This document shows, piece by piece, positions 8,748 through 19,800 of a stretch of DNA of 62,000 nucleotides. The stretch's first letter is position 1. Each line of letters opens with the position of its first letter. A program made the position numbers and the translations under genes. The notes under the pieces are model-generated. The model worked only from the letters and a program-made list of their open reading frames with translations. It searched no databases and was not told the DNA's origin. Source of the DNA: a virus (taxonomy: Duplodnaviria > Caudoviricetes); the IMG/VR virus record IMGVR_UViG_3300021963_000134, positions 1-62,000 of that record; one strand, written 5' to 3'.

Positions 8748-11700
8748 ATGGCAGACGACACATATTATGGTGATTTTGACCCTGTGTACGAGGAAATCCC
8801 CTACTTTCCAAATTACGGCGGAGAGGCCCCGATTGATTCGAGCGAAGAACCGCGCCTGCCAGATTTTGCAGGCAGCGAATCGCAAGACCACGACTTCACC
8901 AAGGAAGAGGCTGATGCTCTTTGGAAAGCTGGCGTATGGGATCAGGTAAAGGGCCTTGGCAAGAATGTTTTGGACTTGCTGAAAACAAATGGCAAATTTG
9001 ATCCTGCAAAACTTGCTGTGCTTGGGAGTGGGTTTGCTGCTGCAAACAGGCCAAACAGTGCCGCGCCTACCGGCTACCAAGGCAAGATTCCCAAGCTGAC
9101 CGCAACCAGCAACATGCTGACTGCGCCCCCAGTGGGTCGTCGTCCCGGCTCGGGCGGTATCAATTACGGTGGTGGTGCAACATTCCGTGACGAGACTGGC
9201 AAAGTCATCTCCTCCAATGAGAAGACTTTGGAAGAGCTGCTGAAGGCCGCACGGGAAAATCCATTCAACCGCCCCAGCACGTACGAAAACCCAAGCTACG
9301 GGCGTCCGCCAGTAAACCCTACGCCCGGTGGTGGTGGCCTTCCAGATATTGCGCCACCTCCAAGCGGTGGTACGCGCCCAGAGGTTCAGCGGCCCCCGTC
9401 AACTGGCGGATACAAGCCGCCTCCTCCAACCATGGACACCAGCGGTTTCGTAACTGGTGCCGGGGATACTGGCGCTCGGTTCGATCCGTTTAAACCATCG
9501 CTGCCGGAAGGCACAACGATGGCCATGGACCCATCCACCCGGGTTGGCAACACCGTTACCACTGATGGCGTGACTCGTGGGTATGACCCTCTGCGCGGCA
9601 CAATGTTTACAAACGCAGAGATGCAAGCGCGTGCCGACAAGGAGCTTGCTGACCGCCAGCGCCGTCGTGCAGAGATGGCTGCGGGCACTTACGTCGAGCC
9701 AGAGTTCAGCACCTCATCGCAGAACACAGCACCCATTCACGAGAGCACCCCGGGCTTTGTTGCGCCAATCTACAACGCAGCCGTGTTGCCGCCCAAAGAT
9801 CAGCCGTATGTAAACCCGTACGCATCTTCCTTGGCTAATCCGGCAACCATCCCCCTGATGTCTGGCGAGACCCAAGAGCAGGGCGCTGCCCGGCTCAAAG
9901 CCCAGTCCGACGCCCTTGAGGCGCGACGTGCTGCTCGGTCGCAAATGCAAGAGGGTATTGCCAGCGGCGGTGCTGCTGTTGGCCTTGCAAAAGGTGGCTT
10001 GGCCCGTGACGGCTTCGTTGTCCCTGCTGACGTGGTGAGCCACTTCGGCAATGGCAGCTCTGAGGCTGGCCTGAAGCTGTTGGCCCAAAAGATTGGTGCC
10101 ACCCCGATCAAGGGTGCTGGCGATGGCATGAGCGACTCCATCAAAACCAAGATCGACGGCGTTCAAGAAGCGCGTGTCGCCAATGACGAAGCCTATGTTT
10201 CGCCTGAAATGGTGAAAAGACTGGGTAACGGGAGCCCTGAGAAGGGAGCCAGAAAGCTGTATGCCATGATGGATCAAGTCCGCAAAGCCCGCACCGGCAC
10301 AACCAAGCAGGGCAAAGAGATCGACCCGAACAAGTACATGCCCGGCGGCTCTGTGCAGCGGTATGAGGGTGGCGGCTCGACAAAGCTGCCCACTGGCGCA
10401 ACTGGCGCTGAGTCGAGCTTGTCCAACTGGGCTGGCGACTATGTGACCAACATGCTTGGTCAAGGTGCCGCGCTGGCCAATAAGCCCTACGAAGCGTACA
10501 CCGGCCCTCTGACGGCTGGTGCTTCAGGATTGCAGAACCAAGCCTTTGGCATGGCCTCGGGACTGCGGACGCCCGGCTCTATTGGCCAAGCTGCTGGCAC
10601 GGCGGGTGGCATTGCCAACTTGGCAGCAAACATGCGCTACACCCCGCAGACCACGGACTTCCTTGGCGGTGCCAACATGTCCGGCTTGGGCATGTCTCCG
10701 TCCTATGGTATGGGCATGCCTCAGCAGCCATCCCCGATGGGCACCTACAACAACCCCATCCCGATGCCGCGCCCCGGGATCACTTCGCCCGCCGATCAGG
10801 GTCCGACTACGTTCTCCACGAGGCCGACGCGTGTAAAGCAGGACCCGCAGCAGGTTCCTGACCGTATTGACTTCAACGATTACTTCAACGGCACGAATCC
10901 TTTCGGCGGAAATACAAATCAGGACCCCCAGCAAGACAACAGCATTAACTACGCCGGGGGCTCGCGTGACTTCGATGAAACCACGGGAACATACCGGTCG
11001 GAAGATGGTCGAGGCATGCTTCCTTTGCCAACAATTACACGGGATGAGAACGGACGCGAGTTTGATGCGGAAGGGCGCGAGTTTTATCGAGTCCCTGAAA
11101 CCGACTTTGACTACGGCCCAGACCCGTTGCAAAAGCAGCGCCCAACCCCGGCGGGTGGCGACAGCTTCCAGACGCGCCCCATGCGCGAATACGGCGGCTC
11201 ACGGTACGATCCAGCCACAGGCATTGAGTCACGCGACCTTGTGAAGCTCCAGCCCGGCGACCCACGACTTGAGAACACAAACTTCCAAGCGAAGCCTTTC
11301 CAAGTCGAATCATCTGAACCATTCATGCAGAATGGCGCGATGACCGGCGGCACCATGCGCCCACCAAGCCAAGAGGCAGGGTTGCCCGGCTTGATGCAGG
11401 GTCAGCAGGGCATGCAGGCTCAGCAGCCACAAGCCTCCCAGCAAGTGGGCAACATCGCTCAGCAGTACATGAACCCGTATCTGGAGTCGGCCCTGCGCCC
11501 ACAGATGGCGGAGATGCAACGTGCCGCTGACATTGCCCGCACGTCCGATGCCGCCCGCTTGACTCAGGCTGGCGCGTTTGGCGGTAGCCGTCAGGCCATC
11601 ATGGAATCCGAGGGTCGCCGCAACCTACTGGACAAGCAAAGCGAAGCTTTGGGTCAAGGCTACTCCACTGCCTACGACAAGGCCATGGCGCAGTTCAATG

Positions 11701-12089
11701 CAGACCAAGCCCGTCGCGCACAAGAGGCACAGTTCGGTGCCACGTTCGGCCTGCAAGGTCTTCAAACAGGCATCCAAGGTGCGCAGACTCAAGGTCAACT
11801 CGGCGCTCTGCAAAGCCAATCGGATGTCAACAACCTTCGCGCAACACTGGACGCTGGCGCTGTGGAGCGCGGCATCGAGTCCGAGGGCATTGCAGCCGAC
11901 AAGGCACAGTTCGAGGAGGCTCGTTTAAACCCCTACAAGATGCTGCAGTTCCAGCAGTCTCTGCTGTCTGGTATGCCGTTGTCTGCGCAGTCGTACAACA
12001 TGCCTGCGCAAAGCAATCTCCAGCAGTTTGCGGGTGGCGCGTCAACCCTTCAGGCTCTTCTGAAGAGCCTCGGGTACAAGTTCGACTAA
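8748..12089 (+). CDS. Putative DNA-transfer/ejection protein
   Basis: 1113 aa; QYMNPY...GAFGGSRQA motif of podovirus pilot/ejection proteins; contains xxGG motifs and a GDGMSDSI domain. Confidence 0.55.
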   Translation: MADDTYYGDFDPVYEEIPYFPNYGGEAPIDSSEEPRLPDFAGSESQDHDFTKEEADALWKAGVWDQVKGLGKNVLDLLKTNGKFDPAKLAVLGSGFAAANRPNSAAPTGYQGKIPKLTATSNMLTAPPVGRRPGSGGINYGGGATFRDETGKVISSNEKTLEELLKAARENPFNRPSTYENPSYGRPPVNPTPGGGGLPDIAPPPSGGTRPEVQRPPSTGGYKPPPPTMDTSGFVTGAGDTGARFDPFKPSLPEGTTMAMDPSTRVGNTVTTDGVTRGYDPLRGTMFTNAEMQARADKELADRQRRRAEMAAGTYVEPEFSTSSQNTAPIHESTPGFVAPIYNAAVLPPKDQPYVNPYASSLANPATIPLMSGETQEQGAARLKAQSDALEARRAARSQMQEGIASGGAAVGLAKGGLARDGFVVPADVVSHFGNGSSEAGLKLLAQKIGATPIKGAGDGMSDSIKTKIDGVQEARVANDEAYVSPEMVKRLGNGSPEKGARKLYAMMDQVRKARTGTTKQGKEIDPNKYMPGGSVQRYEGGGSTKLPTGATGAESSLSNWAGDYVTNMLGQGAALANKPYEAYTGPLTAGASGLQNQAFGMASGLRTPGSIGQAAGTAGGIANLAANMRYTPQTTDFLGGANMSGLGMSPSYGMGMPQQPSPMGTYNNPIPMPRPGITSPADQGPTTFSTRPTRVKQDPQQVPDRIDFNDYFNGTNPFGGNTNQDPQQDNSINYAGGSRDFDETTGTYRSEDGRGMLPLPTITRDENGREFDAEGREFYRVPETDFDYGPDPLQKQRPTPAGGDSFQTRPMREYGGSRYDPATGIESRDLVKLQPGDPRLENTNFQAKPFQVESSEPFMQNGAMTGGTMRPPSQEAGLPGLMQGQQGMQAQQPQASQQVGNIAQQYMNPYLESALRPQMAEMQRAADIARTSDAARLTQAGAFGGSRQAIMESEGRRNLLDKQSEALGQGYSTAYDKAMAQFNADQARRAQEAQFGATFGLQGLQTGIQGAQTQGQLGALQSQSDVNNLRATLDAGAVERGIESEGIAADKAQFEEARLNPYKMLQFQQSLLSGMPLSAQSYNMPAQSNLQQFAGGASTLQALLKSLGYKFD

Positions 12090-12098
12090 GGATCAATC

Positions 12099-13814
12099 AT
12101 GCAAAGACCCAGCGCCCAAGGCATCGCAGACCTCTATCGCGGCAACCCAGCACCACTTCAGCAGCGCATCCAGCAGGAGCAGCAGGCCAAACCCGGCTTG
12201 GCTCCTGACTTGCAAAAGCTTCTGGCTTTAAACATCGTCACCAACGAAGGTGACGCCATGGCAAGAGAGAAGGCCATGAGTCAACTCGCCCAGATGCAAG
12301 GCCAGCAAGGCAAGCCGCCCACAGTGATGGAGACCGTGCAGGAGCAGGCCCGCAAGAAGATGCAGGCCCAGCAGGTTCAGGCTCAGCAGCAACAGCAAGC
12401 CATGCAGTCCATGGCCCAGCAAGCTGGCCCCGGCCCAGTTCCACCCGGAACTCCTCAACCCCAAGCCCAGCCTCAAGGTATTGATGATCTGCCGGTAGAG
12501 TTCGAGATGGCCGGTGGCGGCATTGTTGCGTTCCAAAGTCGTGGTTCCGTTCCAGAGGCCGAGCCTGCCAGCGACAGCATGGGCGGGTTTACATCAGACC
12601 CCGTAAGAGAAGCTTTAAACGCACTGCGTCTTGAGGAAAAGGGTGCCGAAAGAAGGCTTTTGGAGCTGCAACAAAAAGCAGATTTTCTGGAAAGAGCAGG
12701 AGCCCCTCAGGCTGGTGCTGCCCGCGCTCAATTAGAAGCCGAGCAACGCAAGCTTGCAGATCGTGACGTAAAGGCTGGGCCCCGGCAGGAAGAGGTCGTT
12801 TACAGGCCAGAAGACCAAACCCGCCGCGCAGATTACGAAGGCGGCATCCGTCAGTTGGCTCCTCGTCCACGTCCACCACAAGCCGTTTCGGCTCCCGCTC
12901 CCGCTCCAGCCAAGATGGCTCCGGAAGAGGAATACCTGCGCAGTCAGTTTGCCTCGATGGACCCAGAGAGAGCCCGGAACGAAGAGCTGCGCAGGTTCAG
13001 AGAGCTTGTGCCAGCCCCAGACACCACTCAGCGAGATGCGGCCATCAAGGCGCTGCAGGAAGAGCGCCGCCGCCACACCGATCCAGAGGGTGGCTTTGCT
13101 GGTTTGATGGAATACCTTGGCCAGATCGCTGCCACACCTCGAGGCATGTCCTCGTTTGAGGCTGGCGCTGCTGGTGCTCGTGGCGTTCAAGCTCTGCAGA
13201 AGCAACGTGCTGACCAGCGCATGGAACTCGGCATGAAGATCATCGAGCAAGAGCAAGGCAAGCTCGACACCTTGAGAGCCTACGGCAAAGAGACATACGG
13301 CGTTGGCAAGAAAGAGTTCGACCAAATCTTTGGCGAGAAGCTCAAGATTGCTGGTGACCTGACCAAGAACAACCTTGAGAAGCAGAAGCTTGCTCAGGAT
13401 ATGACCTTAAAACAGATGGAGCTGGCAGCTCGCCGCTCAGAGGAGGCTGGCCGAGCCACCCGTGATGTTGATTCGCGTCTGCTCCAAGGCTACATCGATG
13501 CTGCTGGCGGAGACATTGTCAAAGCCCATCAGAACATGGCAAAAGCTCAAGGCAAGGACAAGCCAAGTCCTTACCTGCAAGAGTTGATGAAGTCGATTGC
13601 CGAAAAAGAAGTTGCCTTGGCTTCTCAGCCCAAAAACAAATTGGCTGACGAAGCCCGTGCGCAGTTGAATGCATTGAAACGTGAGGCGGGTATTTTGGGT
13701 GGCACCCCAACAGGCGGAACGGGGGGTGCTGTAACCTCGAAAGCACAGTATGATGCCTTGCCAAAAGGGGCAAGCTATGTTGCACCGGATGGGACAACGC
13801 GCATAAAAGGGTAA
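12099..13814 (+). CDS. Putative internal virion protein
   Basis: Q/A-rich coiled coil, MAGGGIVAF motif, C-terminal YDALPKGASYVAPDG. Confidence 0.5.
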   Translation: MQRPSAQGIADLYRGNPAPLQQRIQQEQQAKPGLAPDLQKLLALNIVTNEGDAMAREKAMSQLAQMQGQQGKPPTVMETVQEQARKKMQAQQVQAQQQQQAMQSMAQQAGPGPVPPGTPQPQAQPQGIDDLPVEFEMAGGGIVAFQSRGSVPEAEPASDSMGGFTSDPVREALNALRLEEKGAERRLLELQQKADFLERAGAPQAGAARAQLEAEQRKLADRDVKAGPRQEEVVYRPEDQTRRADYEGGIRQLAPRPRPPQAVSAPAPAPAKMAPEEEYLRSQFASMDPERARNEELRRFRELVPAPDTTQRDAAIKALQEERRRHTDPEGGFAGLMEYLGQIAATPRGMSSFEAGAAGARGVQALQKQRADQRMELGMKIIEQEQGKLDTLRAYGKETYGVGKKEFDQIFGEKLKIAGDLTKNNLEKQKLAQDMTLKQMELAARRSEEAGRATRDVDSRLLQGYIDAAGGDIVKAHQNMAKAQGKDKPSPYLQELMKSIAEKEVALASQPKNKLADEARAQLNALKREAGILGGTPTGGTGGAVTSKAQYDALPKGASYVAPDGTTRIKG

Positions 13815-13817
13815 ATC

Positions 13818-16800
13818 ATGGCTGAAAACTTCTGGGAAAAAGACACCGTTGCCGAGCCTGCTGGCGAATGGTGGAGCCAAGATAAGGTTGCGAAAGAGTC
13901 AGAGACGACAGCCATTTCCGACGAAGCCAAAAAGCGCACAGTCGGTGAAGCCATCAAAGATGTAGGCGCTGGACTTGTGTCCGGCGCTGGCTCTCTTGTG
14001 CAGCTTCCCGGCCAGCTCTACGGCTTGGCTACAGGCGACTTTTCTAAGACTGGAGCGCTTGGTCTTGGCGAAGACATCTCCAAATATGGTGAGGAGATGA
14101 AGTCTGCGGGTCTGAAGGCTCGGGAGGCCGAGCGTGCTGCCAAGATTCAAGAGGCAGAGAAGGAGGGCCAGTTTGCTGCGTTTAAAGCTGGTTTTGGTGA
14201 GACCATTACCGACCCTGCGCTGTTTGCATCTTTCATTGCTGAGCAAGTTCCAAACATCCTCCCGATGATTCTGACGGGCGGTGCTACTGCCGCCTTGACC
14301 GCTGGCCGAGCATCTGCTGCCGCTCTGGCAAAGGGTGCTACCAAAGAAGCTGCCGCTGACGCAGGCAAGATTGCAGCCGCCAAGGCTGGAACCACTGCCG
14401 CCGTTCAGACTGGTGCAGTCATGCAGGGCTCGGACATTGGCGCTGGGTCATACGATGAAATCTACAACGAGCTTCTTGCTCAAGGCAGGTCTGAAGAAGA
14501 AGCTGCTGCCGAGACAATCAACAAGGCCCGTGCCGCAGGTTTGACGGGTTATGGTTTTTCCCTTTTGGCAAACAAATACCTTCCCGGCGGTAAGGCTCTT
14601 GAAGAGATTCTGGCTGGCAAGAAAATTACCGGTAGCCGCATTGGCTCTGGTGTTGTAACTGGTGTCAAAGAAATCCCCAGTGAGAATATCGAGGAGGTCG
14701 GCGGTCGCATTGCGCAGAACGTTGCCGCTCAGCAGGCCGGACTTGACCGCGAACTGTTGGCTGGCACTGGAGAGACTGCCGCTCTGGCTACGCTTGGTGC
14801 CGCTGGTATTGGCGGTGCTGCTGGAGCGCTTGCGCCCCGACAAATTGGCCCAGAGCCTATTAAGACACCCGAGTCCGTAGATGCCTTCGAGAAAGAGAAG
14901 GCAGAGTTCCGCAAGCAGTTTGGCCAAGCCGAGCCTGTTGCTCCAACTGCCGAGACTGCAGAAGCACCCGTGGAGCGAGAGCCTGAGCCCGTAGAGCCCC
15001 CAACAGAGTTTCCCGGTGGCTACACAGCCACCCGCAGAGAAATCTCCCGCCAAGACGTACCTGAGTCGTTTGGCATCTTTGCCGAAGGCTCAGACAAGCC
15101 CCTGACCACTGTCTCCTCCCAAGAAGAGGTGGACAAGAAGATTCAGTCCCTGACCGAGATTCGCCAGCAAGAGCAAGAGCGTCTCATGGCAGAGGGCGAC
15201 AAGATCATGAAGCCCATCGAGGAGGCTCGCCGCAAGCTTGAGGTCATGGAGGCCACAGGCAAAGCCAATACCGATGAGTATGTGCAAGCCAAGGCGCTGC
15301 TCACTCAACAAGAGCAAGCAGCCGATGACAGGTTTGCAGAGATATTCGCCGAGATCAACAGCTACTCTGCACCCCTGACATCCGCGCCAATCGGCACTCG
15401 TACTGATGTGCAGAATGAGTTCGTCGTCAACCGTGGCAATGAGCCAATTGGGGTATTCCCAACTCTGGAGCAGGCCGAAGCCACGCTGCGCGAGCGCGAG
15501 CCAGAAGTGTTTAAACAGGCAGAGGTTGCAGCCCGCACGCAGGAGCTGGAGAAGACCCTCAAGCCTATGCTGGCCAAGTTCAACCTTGGTGATGTTGGTT
15601 TAAACATTGTTGAGAAGCTCGAGAACAACGCGGGCGGAAGTTATCTCGACAGCCTGATCCGGGTTTCGCTGGAAGAGGCCAACCCCATCCAGACCATGCG
15701 CCACGAGTCCCTGCATGCGCTGAAGGACTTGGAGTTCTTCACCCCGCAGCAATGGAATGCTCTGACTGAGCGTGCAAACAAAGATTGGCTCGTCCAACTG
15801 AAGAAGACGCCTTACGAAGAAGGCGTGTCTCGCTACGATGCGTACCTCGACATGTTTACCAAAGAGGGTCAGGCAAAAGGATTGCAAGGCCCGGAGCTGG
15901 AGCAATACGCCAACGAGGCTTTGGTTGAAGAAGCCATCGCTGATGCGTTTGGCGCTTACGACCGTGGAGCTACACCGCCTCCCGGCATGATTGCTGCGCT
16001 GTTCAAGAAGCTGAAGAACTTCTTCATGAACTTTGGCCAAGCCCTGCGCGGTGCTGGCTTTGAGTCTGCGGATGATGTATTCCAGCGCGTTGAGCGTGGT
16101 GAGTTGAAGTCCCGCAAGCCAAAGGCAGAAAAGGCCGCGCCGAAAGCGGAGTCAAAAGAGAAGCCAGAAGAGAAGGCTGAAAAACCAGAGCAGACTATGG
16201 GTGACCGCCTGAGTCTGCTGCGTAAAGCATATCCGGATGAGATCGACATCTCAACGCAAAACCCTCAAGGTGTTAAACGCATCTATGACCCCATCACTGA
16301 GATGCTGTCTATTGATGAGGCCGCTGTGCGCGAGGCCATGAAGGCCAATCCAAAGATGGCTCAAAAGACGATCCAAGCCATCAAGTCTTATGGGTTTATT
16401 CCTGACGGCACGCCAAATAATAAGGTTCTTGAGTTGTTCCGGGAAAACATTGTTAACAACTTGATGTTCTTGTACAACAAGGTTCCGGCCAGTATTCGCA
16501 ACCGCAGCAAGCTTTGGTATGACGGAGCCAACAAAATTGCCGATGAGATGGCAAACAACTACGACATGTCGCTGCGACAGATTGCTGCGATCATGGCGGC
16601 AATGTCTCCGCAAAAGGATTGGTTCCAAAACGTATCAATGGCTGAACGGGCCATTGATGTCTTGAAAAAACAAGGCGATCAGGCTTGGACGCCAGACATG
16701 CTGAAGTACGCCGAGAGCTATGTCAAAGAAACAAAAGACAGGAAAGAGCGTGAGAAGCGCCAAGATGCTTTTGAGAAGATCAAGAAAGTTGCCAAATCCG

Positions 16801-19800
16801 GAACCGTCTTGAATGACATGGACGAGAAGTCTGCCGCAGCGTTTATCCGAGCATATGACGAAGCGTTCCACTCAAGGAACTATCGTATTGTTACGCCAGA
16901 GGGTGGTTTTGGCGACTTGGTCAAGAACAATGACGGCACACCTTCCACAATGATGTGGTCAACTTACGGCCCAATTGAGAAGGCCGTCAGCATCTTCCGT
17001 GATGGAAGCCGTGAGAATGTGAGTCAGCAACTTGGCTTCGAGCACAAGATTCGTTCTTTCTACAACAACATTGCCAACCCCAACAGTGAGATTGATCACG
17101 TCACCATCGACACGCATGCCGTGGCTGCTGCGTTGTTTGAGGCTTTGGCTGGGACAGATACCGAAGTAACGCAAAACTTTGGCGGTACAGGCTCCTCTGA
17201 TGTACTTGGTGTTGGTGGCACATATGGCTTGATTGCTGATGCCTACCGAGAAGCTGCCAAGAAGGCTGGTGTTCGCGCCAGAGAGATGCAGTCCATCACT
17301 TGGGAGGCTGTCCGGGCGCTCTTCTCTGAAGAGGTCAAGTCAACCATCAAGCCAAAGATTCGCGCCGAATGGAAGAAATACAAAACCGGGCAGCAATCTT
17401 TTGACGAGACCCGCGACAACGTCTTGGAGATTGCAGGTCAACCCGATAAGCTTGATGAGCCAGACTGGATTGACTCCGGCGAAGGTCAGTTTGTGTCCGA
17501 TGGCGGCACAAGCTACGACAAGACGTTTACACCCACTGGTGGTGTTCGCCTGCGTGAATCACGAGAGATTCGTGAGAAGGTCACGTTTAACTTGTCGGCA
17601 GTAACCAACAGCATCCCGGGGCTGCGTGAGCTTTACAGCAAGGCCATGAAGGGTGATGACAAGGCTTATGAGTTGCTGCAAAAGGTTGCCGAAAGCTCCT
17701 TGCAGTATTTGCTCAAGGGCTCCGGCGCAAAGATCAAGATCGAATATTCCAAGGGAGTTTATCTTTCTGACCGTGAGCCATCAATCTCTGTCAGCGCCGC
17801 ATTTGACGAGAGCAATCAACGAGCCGTAATGGGCGCTCTTGCCAAGTTTGCAGAGAACTACAACCAGCAACAGATTCACGTCCGAGTCCCGACCATCCGT
17901 AAGCTTGGTTATGAGTTTGGAGATGGCTCTTACGCAACACCTGTGTACGAAATTCCGTTGCGCAAGAAATTGAACAACGCGCAGATTTCGGACATAATCA
18001 ATCAGACGGGTTTGCAAGGCTTCTCTGTCTCCGAGAGGCAAGTTGTTGCCGAAGGCAAGACAGTCACAGAAAACTTCTTAACCGCATACTGGGTAGCACC
18101 AAATGACATCGAACAAGAATTCGCAAGCTTCGACAGCTTCGAGCAAGCCATCCGGGCAGCACAGGCCTTGGCTGGAGTCGAGGGTTCAAAACCTAAACAA
18201 TCTGTTGAACGCCTCTACGTCTACGGCTCAGGACCGGGAGCAAGAATCTCCTACGAAGAAATACAAAGCGACATTCTTTCCCGAGACGGAACGGACACAG
18301 TCACGCCAAGGCTGATCTCCGAATACCTGAGGGGCGAACCCATAAAGGTGTTTAAACAAAAAGACCTGACCAACAAGCAGGTCGAAAGCCAGAAGCTACT
18401 GGCAAAAGTTTTTGACGAGCTCCCGACCAAGGATTTAAAGAACCCCTTGGTGCGCAGCGCTTACAACGCCTTGAACAAAGAGCTTGTACAGCAGTACAAC
18501 GCCATGCCAATCAAAGTCCAGCTTGTCGAGGGTCAGCGGGACGAGGATGGCAACTTCATTGACATCTACAAAAACAGCGCAGAGATGCGCAAAGATGTGA
18601 GTGACAACAACAGGTTCAAGGTTTACAAGACAGAGCCCGGAACATTTGGTCCTGAAGGTTTTAATTTCAAAGACCACCCGCTTTTAAAAGACTCTGGCGT
18701 CAAAGATGCAGATGGCAAAGCCATGCTGTTCAATGATGTGCTTCGCGCCGTCCACGACTACTACGCCCACAACCTTTCCGATATTCAGTTTGGCCCCAAA
18801 GGTGAGGCCGCTGCTTGGCGTAACCACATGTCCGTCACCGCCAACCCATTGGCTCGATGGGCGCTTACCGCTGAAACGCGGGCACAGAATGCGTGGCAGA
18901 ACTTCAGGGAGGGTGTAGAAGACGTTCCTCTTAAAGATCGCCCTTACGCCGATCAGAAGGCCATGCTGCCTCCAATCAACTTTACTTTTACGGGTGAAGA
19001 AGGCGTTGATCGCGTCATGGCAGACTACGCAGCAACTCTGACCCCCGAGCAGCAGCTTGGGAGCCTTCCGGCCAACAGTCAATATGCCACAGAAGTTAGA
19101 AAGCAAATGCCGAAGCTCAGCCTTCGCACGCACTTCTCATCCGTTAAGGCGGCAAAGGATGCCGCATCCGAAGCCAAAGTCCCAAAGACTGAAGAGTTTA
19201 AACGTTTCATTGCGGGCAACCAGTGGACAGATGCCGACGGAAACCCCAAGGTTTTCTATCACGCTACTGCACGAGAGTTCTTTGAGTTCACCCCCGCAGG
19301 TCAGTCGCAAGCAATCTTCTTGGCCGATACACCAGAAGAAGCCGAGACATTCGGCAGCATTGCCGAAGACCGTCTGCGCCGCGAAATCTATCGAGCCCTT
19401 GGTAAAGATGAGAAGCTAAACTTCTTCCAAAACATCGTAGATGCTCAAGTGAAGAACGGCTTCATGTCGGAAAAGCAAGGCTCTGACTTCATGCGTCAGG
19501 CCAAGCGCAAGGTTCCCGAGTACGGTGACTTTGGTGACATCGAGCAAGAGACCTACGACGCTCTGCTTGATCTGTCCCCTACCCGCATGTCAATCATGCC
19601 CCTGTACGCACGGGCAGAGACTCCATTCGAGTTCGAGAACCCAGACCATGTAGAGCAGGTCATGCAGTGGGTTGCCAACAACACAGAGTACCCTCAGGAC
19701 TTCCCAGACAAGTGGCTGGCAGGTATGAAGGGCCGCATCAAGCAGGGCCTGTGGCAAGCAATCGAAGACAAGCGTGTGCAGCAAGCTATTCGTGCCTTGG

